The position numbers were made by a program, and so were the translations under genes. A stretch of 52,914 bases of DNA from a virus (Duplodnaviria > Caudoviricetes), in IMG/VR virus record IMGVR_UViG_3300008107_000114, positions 1-52,914 of that record; one strand, 5' to 3'. This document shows positions 9,348-17,804 of this stretch, piece by piece (within the stretch, counting starts at the first letter, position 1; every line of letters starts with the position of its first letter). The notes beneath the pieces were generated by a model. It saw nothing but the letters and a program-made list of their open reading frames with translations. It was not told where the DNA came from and made no database searches.

Positions 9348-9736
9348 CACTTTCTGAACTTGGCAACTTTTTTAGCGATGCTCTTTGGTTGAGCCACAAA
9401 TTGTTTTCCTTTTGCGTTTCCTTGTGATTTAGCTTTATTCGTTGCTGCTTTTTCCCCGGGGGATAATGACTTCCATGCTGAGTCAGGCAGATATCTTTTC
9501 TTGCCTTTTGAAGGAGAACCGTCTGATGTTCTCCACTTTTGGTCTGACCATTTTTTAAGAGAATTGTCTGAACTCTTTGGACCTACGTAACCACCGCCAG
9601 ATTTCTTGTAGCGTTGGGTAGCGATCTGAGCTTTGCGAGCCGACCATTCCCCGGGATCGCCTCCTTTGCTACCAGCTTTTACACTAGCAACAATGGCTTT
9701 CCACTTGGTTGGATTGGTTTTTTTAGCAGTACTCAT
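9347..9736 (-). CDS. Basic protein, DUF5872-like
   Basis: KGGDPGEWSARKAQ...YKKSGGGY...SLKKWSDQKW...RYLP motif. Confidence 0.75.
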   Translation of the reverse strand: MSTAKKTNPTKWKAIVASVKAGSKGGDPGEWSARKAQIATQRYKKSGGGYVGPKSSDNSLKKWSDQKWRTSDGSPSKGKKRYLPDSAWKSLSPGEKAATNKAKSQGNAKGKQFVAQPKSIAKKVAKFRK

Positions 9737-9873
9737 CCTTGGCCTCTATAAGCTTTTACGTAATTTTTGGAAGTTTTGGTCTTGCTCGTTTTTGTTTTAG
9801 CATGAACCCCGGGTCTAGAAACCTTTGGTTTAACCTTTATCGAAGTTGATACAGTAGCTTTAACCTTTGCCAT
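9733..9873 (-). CDS. 46-aa Lys-rich micro-protein (absent from ORF track)
   Basis: MAKVKATVSTSIKVKPKVSRPGVHAKTKTSKTKTSKNYVKAYRGQG*; TAATG and ATGA overlaps. Confidence 0.75.
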   Translation of the reverse strand: MAKVKATVSTSIKVKPKVSRPGVHAKTKTSKTKTSKNYVKAYRGQG

Positions 9874-10100
9874 TATTTCATCCTTGGTTTAGGTTTAGGT
9901 TTGGCTTTCGCCATTCCAGCTTCAGGACCCATGACAATGCTTTGGAGCTTGCTCATAGATTTTTTTACTTCACCCATTAGCTTTTTATCACCACGGATGG
10001 TTTCTGCTCTTTGAAGTGTGCGAACAGCATCTTCAATTTCCCACTGTCTCTCCATCGGAGATTTTCTGGGAACACTTGTTTTTGTCTTAGCCTTGTTCAT
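9873..10100 (-). CDS. Small basic protein
   Basis: 75 aa; KPKPKPRMK tail. Confidence 0.7.
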   Translation of the reverse strand: MNKAKTKTSVPRKSPMERQWEIEDAVRTLQRAETIRGDKKLMGEVKKSMSKLQSIVMGPEAGMAKAKPKPKPRMK

Positions 10101-10101
10101 A

Positions 10102-10473
10102 TTATTTCATTTCTTTTTTTATCTTAGCTACTGTCACATCGTTTTTCATCATGATGTTTCCTTCCCAACGTTGGATAAGATGTGAGCCACTGTACAAAGA
10201 TACACAGGGGAGTTTACATTTTACCTTGGGATTGTTTGAGACATCTTCATAAACATAAGTACAGTTCGGAATTTTGTCAAGTCCGACAACAGTGTTTTGT
10301 TTATTCCACTCAGCATTCTGCTGTACTAATTTGTAGACAGTTGCTTTTGATGAACGTAACTTTTCACTTTTGATATCTTTGTCTACAAACGGTTGAGTTA
10401 CAAAAACACCAAAGCCCCATCCCCCAACAGCAGCGATGAGAAGTTTACTTGCGATAGTGGCAGTGACTTTCAT
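10102..10473 (-). CDS. Membrane-anchored/secreted protein, possibly degenerate thioredoxin-like fold
   Basis: N-terminal hydrophobic segment; LVQQNAEWN and LPCVSLY..G..IQRWEG resemble Trx beta-F.A.W and P.....G..R..G, but no CxxC. Confidence 0.5.
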   Translation of the reverse strand: MKVTATIASKLLIAAVGGWGFGVFVTQPFVDKDIKSEKLRSSKATVYKLVQQNAEWNKQNTVVGLDKIPNCTYVYEDVSNNPKVKCKLPCVSLYSGSHLIQRWEGNIMMKNDVTVAKIKKEMK

Positions 10474-10754
10474 TACTTTTGATCGTAAACTCTGTCTTCT
10501 AGCTTCTTGATGCTTTCCTTTATATCAGTAACATCTTTCTGAGTGGTAAGGATTGCTTCTCTGATGAGCTCGTCTTTCAGTTTAAATTCTACTTCTGAAA
10601 CCGGAGGCTTCGGAAGTACCTTAGCTTCTTCAATGTCCTGCTTGAGAGTATAATAAACTCCAGCCAATGACATGATTCCACCAACAATGGCAACCAGCAT
10701 TTGCGTGCTGAATTGCCATTTGTTGTTTTCATTAATCTCAATTGGGTCGCTCAT
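10473..10754 (-). CDS. Single-TM protein with coiled coil (likely start MSDPIE at 10754)
   Basis: TM MLVAIVGGIMSLAGVYY; heptad VTDIKESIKKLEDRV; ATGA overlap. Confidence 0.65.
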   Translation of the reverse strand: MSDPIEINENNKWQFSTQMLVAIVGGIMSLAGVYYTLKQDIEEAKVLPKPPVSEVEFKLKDELIREAILTTQKDVTDIKESIKKLEDRVYDQK

Positions 10755-10978
10755 TTCTTTTTCTTGGTCTTTTTCTTGGTCACTGACTTCCACATTTCTT
10801 TTGCAGCGGTAGCCTTTCCGATTTCGGTGGCTTTTGCAGACGACATTCCTTTTTTCTTGTAAGAAGCAGCAACTTTACTGGCAACAGTTTTGAACTCTTT
10901 GCCTTTACCCTGAAGGTCAACACCTGCTCTTGCTTTCTTTACAATTGCTGAACGTTGTTTCTTGGTTCCGTAAGCCAT
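10751..10978 (-). CDS. Small Lys/Ala-rich basic protein
   Basis: 75 aa ending KKKTKKKK. Confidence 0.75.
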   Translation of the reverse strand: MAYGTKKQRSAIVKKARAGVDLQGKGKEFKTVASKVAASYKKKGMSSAKATEIGKATAAKEMWKSVTKKKTKKKK

Positions 10979-11139
10979 TACTTTTTCTTTTGCTTTATCT
11001 TTGTGATAGTCTTCTTCATCTTCAAAGGCTCAATGGTTTTTTTCATCTTGAGCAAAGGCTCGATGGTTTTTGTCATCTTCTTTTTTGGTCCAAGTTCTAA
11101 CTTGTAGCTCTTTGGTTTTGGTTGTTTAGTATTCGCCAT
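10978..11139 (-). CDS. 53-aa Lys-rich micro-protein with KMxKTI(EPL) repeats (absent from ORF track)
   Basis: MANTKQPKPKSYKLELGPKKKMTKTIEPLLKMKKTIEPLKMKKTITKIKQKKK*; TAATG overlap. Confidence 0.7.
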   Translation of the reverse strand: MANTKQPKPKSYKLELGPKKKMTKTIEPLLKMKKTIEPLKMKKTITKIKQKKK

Positions 11140-11144
11140 GACTA

Positions 11145-11477
11145 TTACTTATATCTTTTAACTTCTTTGTACTTGCCGATAACACTACCCGGCACGCCTT
11201 TGCCTTTAACTACGGTTTTCTTAACGAGACCCCCTTTAGTTACGGTTTTTGTTTTTTCTTTAGCCAACATGCGTTTGCCATCGACTTCACGAGAAACGAT
11301 ACCTCTGGTTTTAACCACGGATCTTCCGGGCTTTGGGTACATGGATTTTTCTTTCATCTCCATTGCTTTACCTTCTTTCTTTTCGTGCTTCATCTCAGCC
11401 TTTTTAGAAGAGTACTTCTCCATACCACCGTACTCAGAAACTTTCTTACCGACGGCTTTTTTCATTGGATTTTTCAT
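11145..11477 (-). CDS. Lys-rich basic protein
   Basis: 110 aa, very K-rich; TATATTTG 4 nt upstream of ATG. Confidence 0.75.
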   Translation of the reverse strand: MKNPMKKAVGKKVSEYGGMEKYSSKKAEMKHEKKEGKAMEMKEKSMYPKPGRSVVKTRGIVSREVDGKRMLAKEKTKTVTKGGLVKKTVVKGKGVPGSVIGKYKEVKRYK

Positions 11478-11497
11478 GAATCAAATATAATTATTTT

Positions 11498-11806
11498 TTA
11501 ACCCTTCTTCCATTTTTTACTTGGAGAAGCAGTTTTGCTTGGTGACCACTTGACCTTATCGGCCCAGTAAGCTGCGCTCATTTTACCTTTGGTAATGTTC
11601 TTGGCGTGACGAGATTTGAATGCTTCACGCTGACCAACAGTCTGGTTGGTTTTAACGCCTTGTTGACCAAAGCGAATTGTCTTTACTTGTTCTCCCTGCT
11701 TAGCCACAACAATGTGGCTCTTGGTCGGGTGTCCGGGTGTAGCCTTGGGTTTATTGTACCCTGAGACCCCAGCTCTACTCAGTCGGCTGTCCTTCTTGAT
11801 TGGCAT
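11498..11806 (-). CDS. Basic protein, DUF5754-like (likely start MPIKKD)
   Basis: KTIRFGQQG...REAFKSRH...SAAYWADKVKW motif. Confidence 0.7.
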   Translation of the reverse strand: MPIKKDSRLSRAGVSGYNKPKATPGHPTKSHIVVAKQGEQVKTIRFGQQGVKTNQTVGQREAFKSRHAKNITKGKMSAAYWADKVKWSPSKTASPSKKWKKG

Positions 11807-12002
11807 TTCTCTTTGCAAATTTTTCTACTACCGTACCTAAACCATAAGCAATTGCGATGTACTCAAGTGCTTCCAGTCCACGATCACTATTCTTTGCGAA
11901 GGTGTAAACCGCTACGCAAACTACAGAAAAAAAGGATATCACACGCTTGTGTGATACCCCTTCGCTGCTTGAAAACATATCTAAGAAGAAACTCTTTTTC
12001 AT
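11775..12002 (-). CDS. Putative holin (2 hydrophobic segments)
   Basis: SHKRVISFFSVVCVAVYTF and YIAIAYGLGTVVEKF pattern, charged C-tail. Confidence 0.6.
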   Translation of the reverse strand: MKKSFFLDMFSSSEGVSHKRVISFFSVVCVAVYTFAKNSDRGLEALEYIAIAYGLGTVVEKFAKRNANQEGQPTE

Positions 12003-12053
12003 ATTAGTGATTCCCTCATTTTATTATCTGAGGGCTGTATTCAAAAGTAATTT

Positions 12054-12323
12054 TTATTTATCATTAAAACAAACTAATGCTTGCGCCTTCACAAGGATGG
12101 TCAAGTCATCGTGTTGTTTGATAAAACTCCTAAGCGTTTCGGTGTCAGATTGATCCAACTCCAACGCTTCGCCAGCATAAAGTGCTTGTGCCCAGTTCCA
12201 GTGTTTTAACACATCTCCTTTTGGAGTGTTGACCAACATCTGAGCAATTAATTTTCCAATGTTTGAGTTTGCTAACTCTTCACCATCCAAACCAAGGATG
12301 GGCGTGTTCATATCTATTTTCAT
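12054..12323 (-). CDS. Hypothetical protein (possible tail-fibre chaperone)
   Basis: 89 aa acidic ORF at the end of the fibre cluster. Confidence 0.65.
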   Translation of the reverse strand: MKIDMNTPILGLDGEELANSNIGKLIAQMLVNTPKGDVLKHWNWAQALYAGEALELDQSDTETLRSFIKQHDDLTILVKAQALVCFNDK

Positions 12324-12610
12324 AACCTCTTAAAGTTTAGTTTTTTCATTGCCCAATCAACTGCGTAACTATCGTCTGTTCCCCATAGAGCATACTCTTT
12401 TTCATCCATGTTTAAATTACCACCAAACAATAGCGCACCTACTTTCTTAGTGGGTTGTTCGTCTAGCTCGTCTGCCGGAATAACTATTTCTGAATAAAGT
12501 GTCCAGTGAAATTTAGCCGTTTTTGCGGGAAGGGATTGGTTTAAAAGTACGATTTCAAAATACTTTGCTGTGCCTACTGATGGAAGGATTACAGGTTTAA
12601 TTGGGATCAT
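12320..12610 (-). CDS. Hypothetical tail-fibre-associated protein
   Basis: GNLNMDEKEYALWGTDDSYAVDWAMKKL C-terminus; likely start ATG 12610 with TAACTTTG 5 nt upstream. Confidence 0.65.
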   Translation of the reverse strand: MIPIKPVILPSVGTAKYFEIVLLNQSLPAKTAKFHWTLYSEIVIPADELDEQPTKKVGALLFGGNLNMDEKEYALWGTDDSYAVDWAMKKLNFKRL

Positions 12611-12652
12611 ACCCACAAAGTTACAAATTAAATTTTATATGAACTTGAGGTA

Positions 12653-13033
12653 TTAGCTTCGAGTTAACTTTATTAGATCAGACTCCAGAGCCTTGGTTAC
12701 ACCTGCACTAATCATGCTCACATACTCGCTATAGGCAACTGAACTTTTCAAGTAGTCAAATACTGGTATAACGTCGGCCGGAAGATTATTGACATCCAAA
12801 GTCTGGCCGTCGATCATTACCTCAGTGACAGTGTTGTAGTAAATATTTATACTCATGAAACTAGTCTCATAGGTATAATCTTGAATTATAGTATCGACAT
12901 CGTCTACTGTTTCATAAGTTACTACTCTGAGCCCCACGTAAATATACGAAGGCTTCATATCAATTGACGTAAGCAGCAAATCTCTCTTAAGTCCTGCCTT
13001 GGTAGGTAAGGCAAATTTGTCTATGTATTCCAT
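12653..13033 (-). CDS. Hypothetical protein
   Basis: 126 aa ORF in the tail-fibre cluster. Confidence 0.65.
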   Translation of the reverse strand: MEYIDKFALPTKAGLKRDLLLTSIDMKPSYIYVGLRVVTYETVDDVDTIIQDYTYETSFMSINIYYNTVTEVMIDGQTLDVNNLPADVIPVFDYLKSSVAYSEYVSMISAGVTKALESDLIKLTRS

Positions 13034-13056
13034 TTTGTTGTTGGTTTATTTTGATT

Positions 13057-13851
13057 TTACCCTCCTAGAAAAACTTGTCTTCTTCTTGCTACAATTGCTG
13101 TAGATTCCAAGCTCACGGAAGCACCGGTAAAAGTAATATTTCCCGGTGTTATATTCAAGTTCATAGTTTTAGTTAAGGTGACGGATGCCCCAGCAAAAGT
13201 GATATTACCCGGGGTTATGTTGAAATCTATGTTTTTAGTTAAGGTGGTAGATGCTCCGGTGAAAGTAATGTTTCCCGGAGTTACGTTCAAGTTTGCAACC
13301 TTGGTCAAGGTAACAGGTTCTCCGGTGAAAGTGATATTACCCGGAGTCACATTCAAGTTTATGTTCTTACTTAAAGTAACAGGTACTCCAGTAAAAATTA
13401 CAGAACCGGGTGTAACTATTAATTCTTCAGCCAGTGCTCCTTCTCTGTACCATAATTTTACACCTTGATAAGTTACCGCAGCAGTGTGAGAATCATAAGC
13501 CCTTGCCGTTATTCTCGTATTGGGCAGTATCTCTATCGGCTCCGGTAAAAATATAGTGTGGGAAGTTTGAAAATAATAACCTACCTGTGTATCGTTTCTA
13601 AAACTGTAGGGTATTTGTACTTCTACTACTTCGGAACCAGCTCCACCTATGCCCAATTCTATAAGAATTTGAATGGTGGTATCTAAAGCAGGTATAAGAG
13701 TAGGCTGAAATGTAATACCATTGAGATATATAGTTCTACCTACTCCTGTGGTTACTTCGGTCCAAGAGGGCGTACCCCATGCAGCAGTAGTGGAAGTTAC
13801 ACTAATGCCATTAGCGGTACTCGGTAAACTATCTATATCTGAAACGGCCAT
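13057..13851 (-). CDS. Putative tail-fibre/adhesin with five 22-aa repeats
   Basis: N-terminal beta domain paralogous to 13855..14286; C-terminal LNVTPGNITFTGxxVTLTK x5. Confidence 0.7.
   Translation of the reverse strand: MAVSDIDSLPSTANGISVTSTTAAWGTPSWTEVTTGVGRTIYLNGITFQPTLIPALDTTIQILIELGIGGAGSEVVEVQIPYSFRNDTQVGYYFQTSHTIFLPEPIEILPNTRITARAYDSHTAAVTYQGVKLWYREGALAEELIVTPGSVIFTGVPVTLSKNINLNVTPGNITFTGEPVTLTKVANLNVTPGNITFTGASTTLTKNIDFNITPGNITFAGASVTLTKTMNLNITPGNITFTGASVSLESTAIVARRRQVFLGG
13105..13425 (-). repeat. Coding tandem repeat, 5 x 66 bp
   Basis: CCGG (TPG) cores recur near 13143, 13209, 13275, 13341, 13407. Confidence 0.85.
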
Positions 13852-13854
13852 CTA

Positions 13855-14286
13855 TTACACTATCTGATATAGTATTTTTATTCCGGTTAGAGTATTGGAT
13901 GTTGTCGCTAAAGAATATGCAACCCTTACTGAAATTCTTGTATTGGCTGCAATCTGCCTAGGTTCAGGAAAAATAACCATGTTACTTGGAACATAGCCAA
14001 CCAAGGTATCGCCACGAACACTCGCGGGAATCTGAAGTATTGTTGTTTCGGCTCCTGCTCCACCTGTGCCTATTTCTATAATCCACTCGTAAGTAGTATC
14101 TGCTGCTGCAACAGGGGTGTGCCAAGACCAAGTTAAACCGGCTATGTAAAAAGTAGAAGTAATTGTAGATGCAGGAACAATCTCTGTCCATGCACTTAAA
14201 GTCCATGCAGCACCCCCTGAAGAGGCTCTCGAAATACCCGCTGCAAGAGCAGGGTAAGCTAAGTACCTATTGGTTGTAGTTGCCAT
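13855..14286 (-). CDS. Putative structural beta-sandwich protein, paralog of the N-terminus of 13057..13851
   Basis: Shared AAW...WTE, DTT, IE.G.GGAG.E, QIP.S.R.DT.VGY, PEP..I..NTRI motifs. Confidence 0.7.
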   Translation of the reverse strand: MATTTNRYLAYPALAAGISRASSGGAAWTLSAWTEIVPASTITSTFYIAGLTWSWHTPVAAADTTYEWIIEIGTGGAGAETTILQIPASVRGDTLVGYVPSNMVIFPEPRQIAANTRISVRVAYSLATTSNTLTGIKILYQIV

Positions 14287-14291
14287 CTTTC

Positions 14292-14732
14292 TTAAACTTT
14301 AGCTATGATTCCAAGACCGTTTACTCCGAAGTTTATAGTGAGTGTGTCGGTGTCGGTCAATGTTAAATCTGCGCCTAAATCTAACCAGCCTATCAATGGA
14401 TCTGCCGGAGAAGTAGGATCGTCATCATAGAATGCAACATATCTGAATGCTGCTACACTTCCACCACTTGCGGTGAGAACCAAGTCAGTTGCTGTAAGAG
14501 GTGCTGTACCTGAGACTTGTTCCAACGTTATACCGGTAACCACCCTACTCGATAGGTTGGTATATGATATTTGAGTTAAGTCTGCTAGCACTGAATAAGT
14601 TGCTACAGGAGGGTTTGCTGCAGCAGTCAATGCTACAGTTACTGTACAAGTTGCATCACTGCTGAAGTCATGAACTCCTTTGCCTACGTTTTCTATGAAC
14701 TGGTTAAACCATTTTAAGGTATCTGCTGCCAT
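14292..14732 (-). CDS. Putative tail/fibre structural protein
   Basis: FNQF...LTQISYTNLSSR...LVLTASGGSVAAFRYV..YDD...DPLIGW.D.G pattern seen in phage structural modules. Confidence 0.65.
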   Translation of the reverse strand: MAADTLKWFNQFIENVGKGVHDFSSDATCTVTVALTAAANPPVATYSVLADLTQISYTNLSSRVVTGITLEQVSGTAPLTATDLVLTASGGSVAAFRYVAFYDDDPTSPADPLIGWLDLGADLTLTDTDTLTINFGVNGLGIIAKV

Positions 14733-14752
14733 TTTATTTATTTGTTTATTTA

Positions 14753-17200
14753 TTAATCTTCTGTAACTAAGAATGAAATGTTAAACTCATCTACTGTACC
14801 TGATACAGCCGATAATTCTAACCATATGTAACTGCCAGCCGGAATTGAAGCACTGGCAAAAGTTGTTGTACTTGCTCCTGCAGTAGAAGTTGTTGTTCTA
14901 GCCACAGAAAACAAATTCGTAGGAGTTGCGCTATCACGTGTCGTAGCGTATTTTATTTGCCATGTAACTGAAGGGCTACCGGTTCCTACAACAACGTCGA
15001 ACAATTTTTTAATTGTTATAGCTTTATCCGTTTTGTATAAAGTTATTTTATCTGAGGCCGTCGGGCTCCATATGCTGACAGGTTTAATTAGATCGGGGCT
15101 CAGAGCTGCAGTACTGGTTCCATCATACCACTTGTGCTTCACAGCAGTACTGTTGTAGTAGATGTGACCTGCTTCTGATACGCTTGGGTTACTAGTACGA
15201 GCAGTAAAGCGTAAAGTATCCTGAACTCTTACCCACTTATCTGTAAAGCTGCCTCTGAGAATCTGAGTCCCAACTGCAGAGCCGTTGGCCAGTATGAACG
15301 TATTACTTGCGGTGGTTTCAAGATAGCCTGATAGATAACCTAGAAATACGTTGTTATTACCCAAGTTAGAAAAACCCGATTGATAGCCTACATAAACACT
15401 GCCATCATTCTGTCCACTGGCAGTAGCTACACCATTCTGATAACCTGCCTGATAGCCGATAGCTACCATGTATCTGCTCCAAGGAGCTAATTGCATGGCT
15501 CCGTATCCAACGGCTACATTTGAAGTAGTAGTTTGAAGTGAGTTGAACCAACCCATAGCTGCTCCCCCAATTGCTGTATCATAAGTAGAGGTTCTGAGGC
15601 CGTATCCTGTACGTTCTCCGATAGCAGTTACGCCATCAGCTGTTGCCGCTGACATATCTCTTCCGGCCAAGTATCCTATTAATACGTGTCGACCATTTGA
15701 TACTTGTCTTCCTGCTGTATATCCAATTGCTATAGAATAATCATCTTCAGCACCGTTACCAACAAAGTTTTCCAGAGCACTAGTACCAATGGCTATGGCT
15801 CCAGTACGTACAGATAGTCTTAAAGCAAGGTAGCCTATAGCAATGTTATCGCCAGTGGTGCTGATTGTATACCCTGCAAATTCCCCTATCCCTACGTTAG
15901 CAAAGCCAGAAGTTACACCTCGCAGTGCTCCTCTACTCAAAGCTATATTAGCATTTCCCGAGGTTAGGTTTCGTAACGGTTCGTTGTTACTATTGTCAAA
16001 ACCGATTGCGATATTGTTAAAACCGGATGTCAAACCTAAAGCTATCGCATTATTACCGGCAAAGAAATTGTTATTTGCTGTTGTTACGGATGCGTAAGTA
16101 GCACCGTCAGAACCAAATATAAAGTTATTTAATGTTGAGTTATATCTGGTTACCCACTTGCTTCCTATTTTATAACCAACAGCAAAGGAACCAGTTTGAG
16201 TTACGTTTACAAATGCCGTAGTTCCTCCAACGCTTAAAACGTTTGTTGTTTTGTTCCATGTGAAATCTGCATCTGCACCAAATGCTCCTAAATCATTAAA
16301 CTGTATTTGTGTATCTAAACCCGCAACACTACCGCCACCACCGCCACCTAGACTGTTTTCATCCAGTGTGTTAATACGAATGGCGAGTATACCATTTGCA
16401 TCTGAATGTACCACAAATGCAACAGGCAGTGCCAAGTTAGGTGAAGAAGGTGCGGTCGCAGTTAAGTCTCCGGGAGTAGTTGCATCGCAGTATAGAACGG
16501 AACCTGCAGTAAACGCCAGAGTGTTGACTTGTTTCAACTTACCAATGTTAATTACAAATCCATCTGCTCCATCAGCGATGTCTTCTGCTGCTATACCAAG
16601 TAGGTATTTAGCTGAGACCGAACCATCAGCAACCATTAAATCAATGAGAATGCGACCCGATGAACCCAAAGTACCAACAGCCATCACTGCCTTGCCTTTG
16701 GATATCGTTGCACCACTTTGATTTTTAACATACCAGAAGTTATCTTGACCTAATTTAGCTGATACATCAGTGTCCAATTGGACATCAACTGTACTTCTGT
16801 CTGTATCCCAAAACATCATTCCCTGAACAGGTGTAGGAGTCGCAGCAGTGTCTAATCTGTAATAGTCACTCAGTGCTCCACCAATATCAATCGTATTTGT
16901 GGTTACGTTACCTCTAGTGGTTACGCTGTTCAAAGTGTCAACTTCAGCCGAAAGTGGAGTGTACCCTAAAGCACCGGTAACATCTGAACTTAACAGAGTT
17001 ATTGCACCAGTTCTACCATTGAAAGAGCTTACTGCACTAGTACTAGTTGAAGCTACGATAAGTTTGATGTTCTCAGCAATCCTGCGAAGACGCTGTTCCT
17101 TTACTTTGTACTCGTTCTTCTTGGTAGTATCGTACAGTCGCTTGTATTCAATGGCCGATGCAAGGACATTGGACGCTATGATTTCGGCTTCGGTAGCCAT
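14753..17200 (-). CDS. Tail fibre / receptor-binding protein with beta-roll (trimeric autotransporter head-like) repeats
   Basis: VSSFNGRTGAITL, QIQFNDLGAFGADADFTW, many N.AIG..A repeats; Gly/Thr/Ser-rich. Confidence 0.8.
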   Translation of the reverse strand: MATEAEIIASNVLASAIEYKRLYDTTKKNEYKVKEQRLRRIAENIKLIVASTSTSAVSSFNGRTGAITLLSSDVTGALGYTPLSAEVDTLNSVTTRGNVTTNTIDIGGALSDYYRLDTAATPTPVQGMMFWDTDRSTVDVQLDTDVSAKLGQDNFWYVKNQSGATISKGKAVMAVGTLGSSGRILIDLMVADGSVSAKYLLGIAAEDIADGADGFVINIGKLKQVNTLAFTAGSVLYCDATTPGDLTATAPSSPNLALPVAFVVHSDANGILAIRINTLDENSLGGGGGGSVAGLDTQIQFNDLGAFGADADFTWNKTTNVLSVGGTTAFVNVTQTGSFAVGYKIGSKWVTRYNSTLNNFIFGSDGATYASVTTANNNFFAGNNAIALGLTSGFNNIAIGFDNSNNEPLRNLTSGNANIALSRGALRGVTSGFANVGIGEFAGYTISTTGDNIAIGYLALRLSVRTGAIAIGTSALENFVGNGAEDDYSIAIGYTAGRQVSNGRHVLIGYLAGRDMSAATADGVTAIGERTGYGLRTSTYDTAIGGAAMGWFNSLQTTTSNVAVGYGAMQLAPWSRYMVAIGYQAGYQNGVATASGQNDGSVYVGYQSGFSNLGNNNVFLGYLSGYLETTASNTFILANGSAVGTQILRGSFTDKWVRVQDTLRFTARTSNPSVSEAGHIYYNSTAVKHKWYDGTSTAALSPDLIKPVSIWSPTASDKITLYKTDKAITIKKLFDVVVGTGSPSVTWQIKYATTRDSATPTNLFSVARTTTSTAGASTTTFASASIPAGSYIWLELSAVSGTVDEFNISFLVTED

Positions 17201-17204
17201 TAAA

Positions 17205-17798
17205 TTAGATTATATCTTTTGTTTCGATCAAAGTATAAGTGAACGAGTTTCCGTGCAAAGCAGCAGCTTTTCTACAGATTTTCATAAACTCATCAAAGTC
17301 TTTTACACGTTTGAAAACTTGACAGCCATGGCTCCAGTGATCAATCCAAGTGGAATCTTGACCTGCCTTGTGGATGTTGATTCCATCAAGGTAAGAATCC
17401 GTGATTTTATTTTCATCGTACTCCATGTCTTTATCTGCATCTCGATACAAACGAATGTGTCCTTTTTGACAAAGGGCATCGTATTTACCTTGGTGCTTTC
17501 TGATAAAGTGAGACCCCGGGTATTGGCCGGGAACCACACGAGCAGTGCCTGTACCATTATTCCCTAAAAGCATAGGAGCTTTACCGGGATCGGTAGTGGC
17601 ACTCCAACAAAAGAACTGCCAAGTTCCGTCATCTCCCTTAAAGGAAATAGTCAGCCAATCATCAAATACATTGGTGACTTTCTTCCCGGGTGCATTGTTG
17701 CGGATCCCGATTACGTTTACGTTATAAGTTCCTTTTTCAAAGTACTGATAACCTTTTGCCTTTACAGCTTTTTCAATTTGTTCTCTTGTGAAACTCAT
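17205..17798 (-). CDS. Putative endolysin with L,D-transpeptidase (YkuD)-like His/Cys motif
   Basis: GINIHKAG...IDHWSHGCQV matches HxnSxGC; ATTDPG and PGQY motifs. Confidence 0.7.
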   Translation of the reverse strand: MSFTREQIEKAVKAKGYQYFEKGTYNVNVIGIRNNAPGKKVTNVFDDWLTISFKGDDGTWQFFCWSATTDPGKAPMLLGNNGTGTARVVPGQYPGSHFIRKHQGKYDALCQKGHIRLYRDADKDMEYDENKITDSYLDGINIHKAGQDSTWIDHWSHGCQVFKRVKDFDEFMKICRKAAALHGNSFTYTLIETKDII

Positions 17799-17804
17799 AG
17801 TTTA

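Noticed and set aside
13105-13425. 66-bp periodic repeats as a CRISPR array or DGR template/variable repeat
   Set aside because: In-frame coding repeats with synonymous variation and no unique spacers; no cas or reverse transcriptase gene in the window
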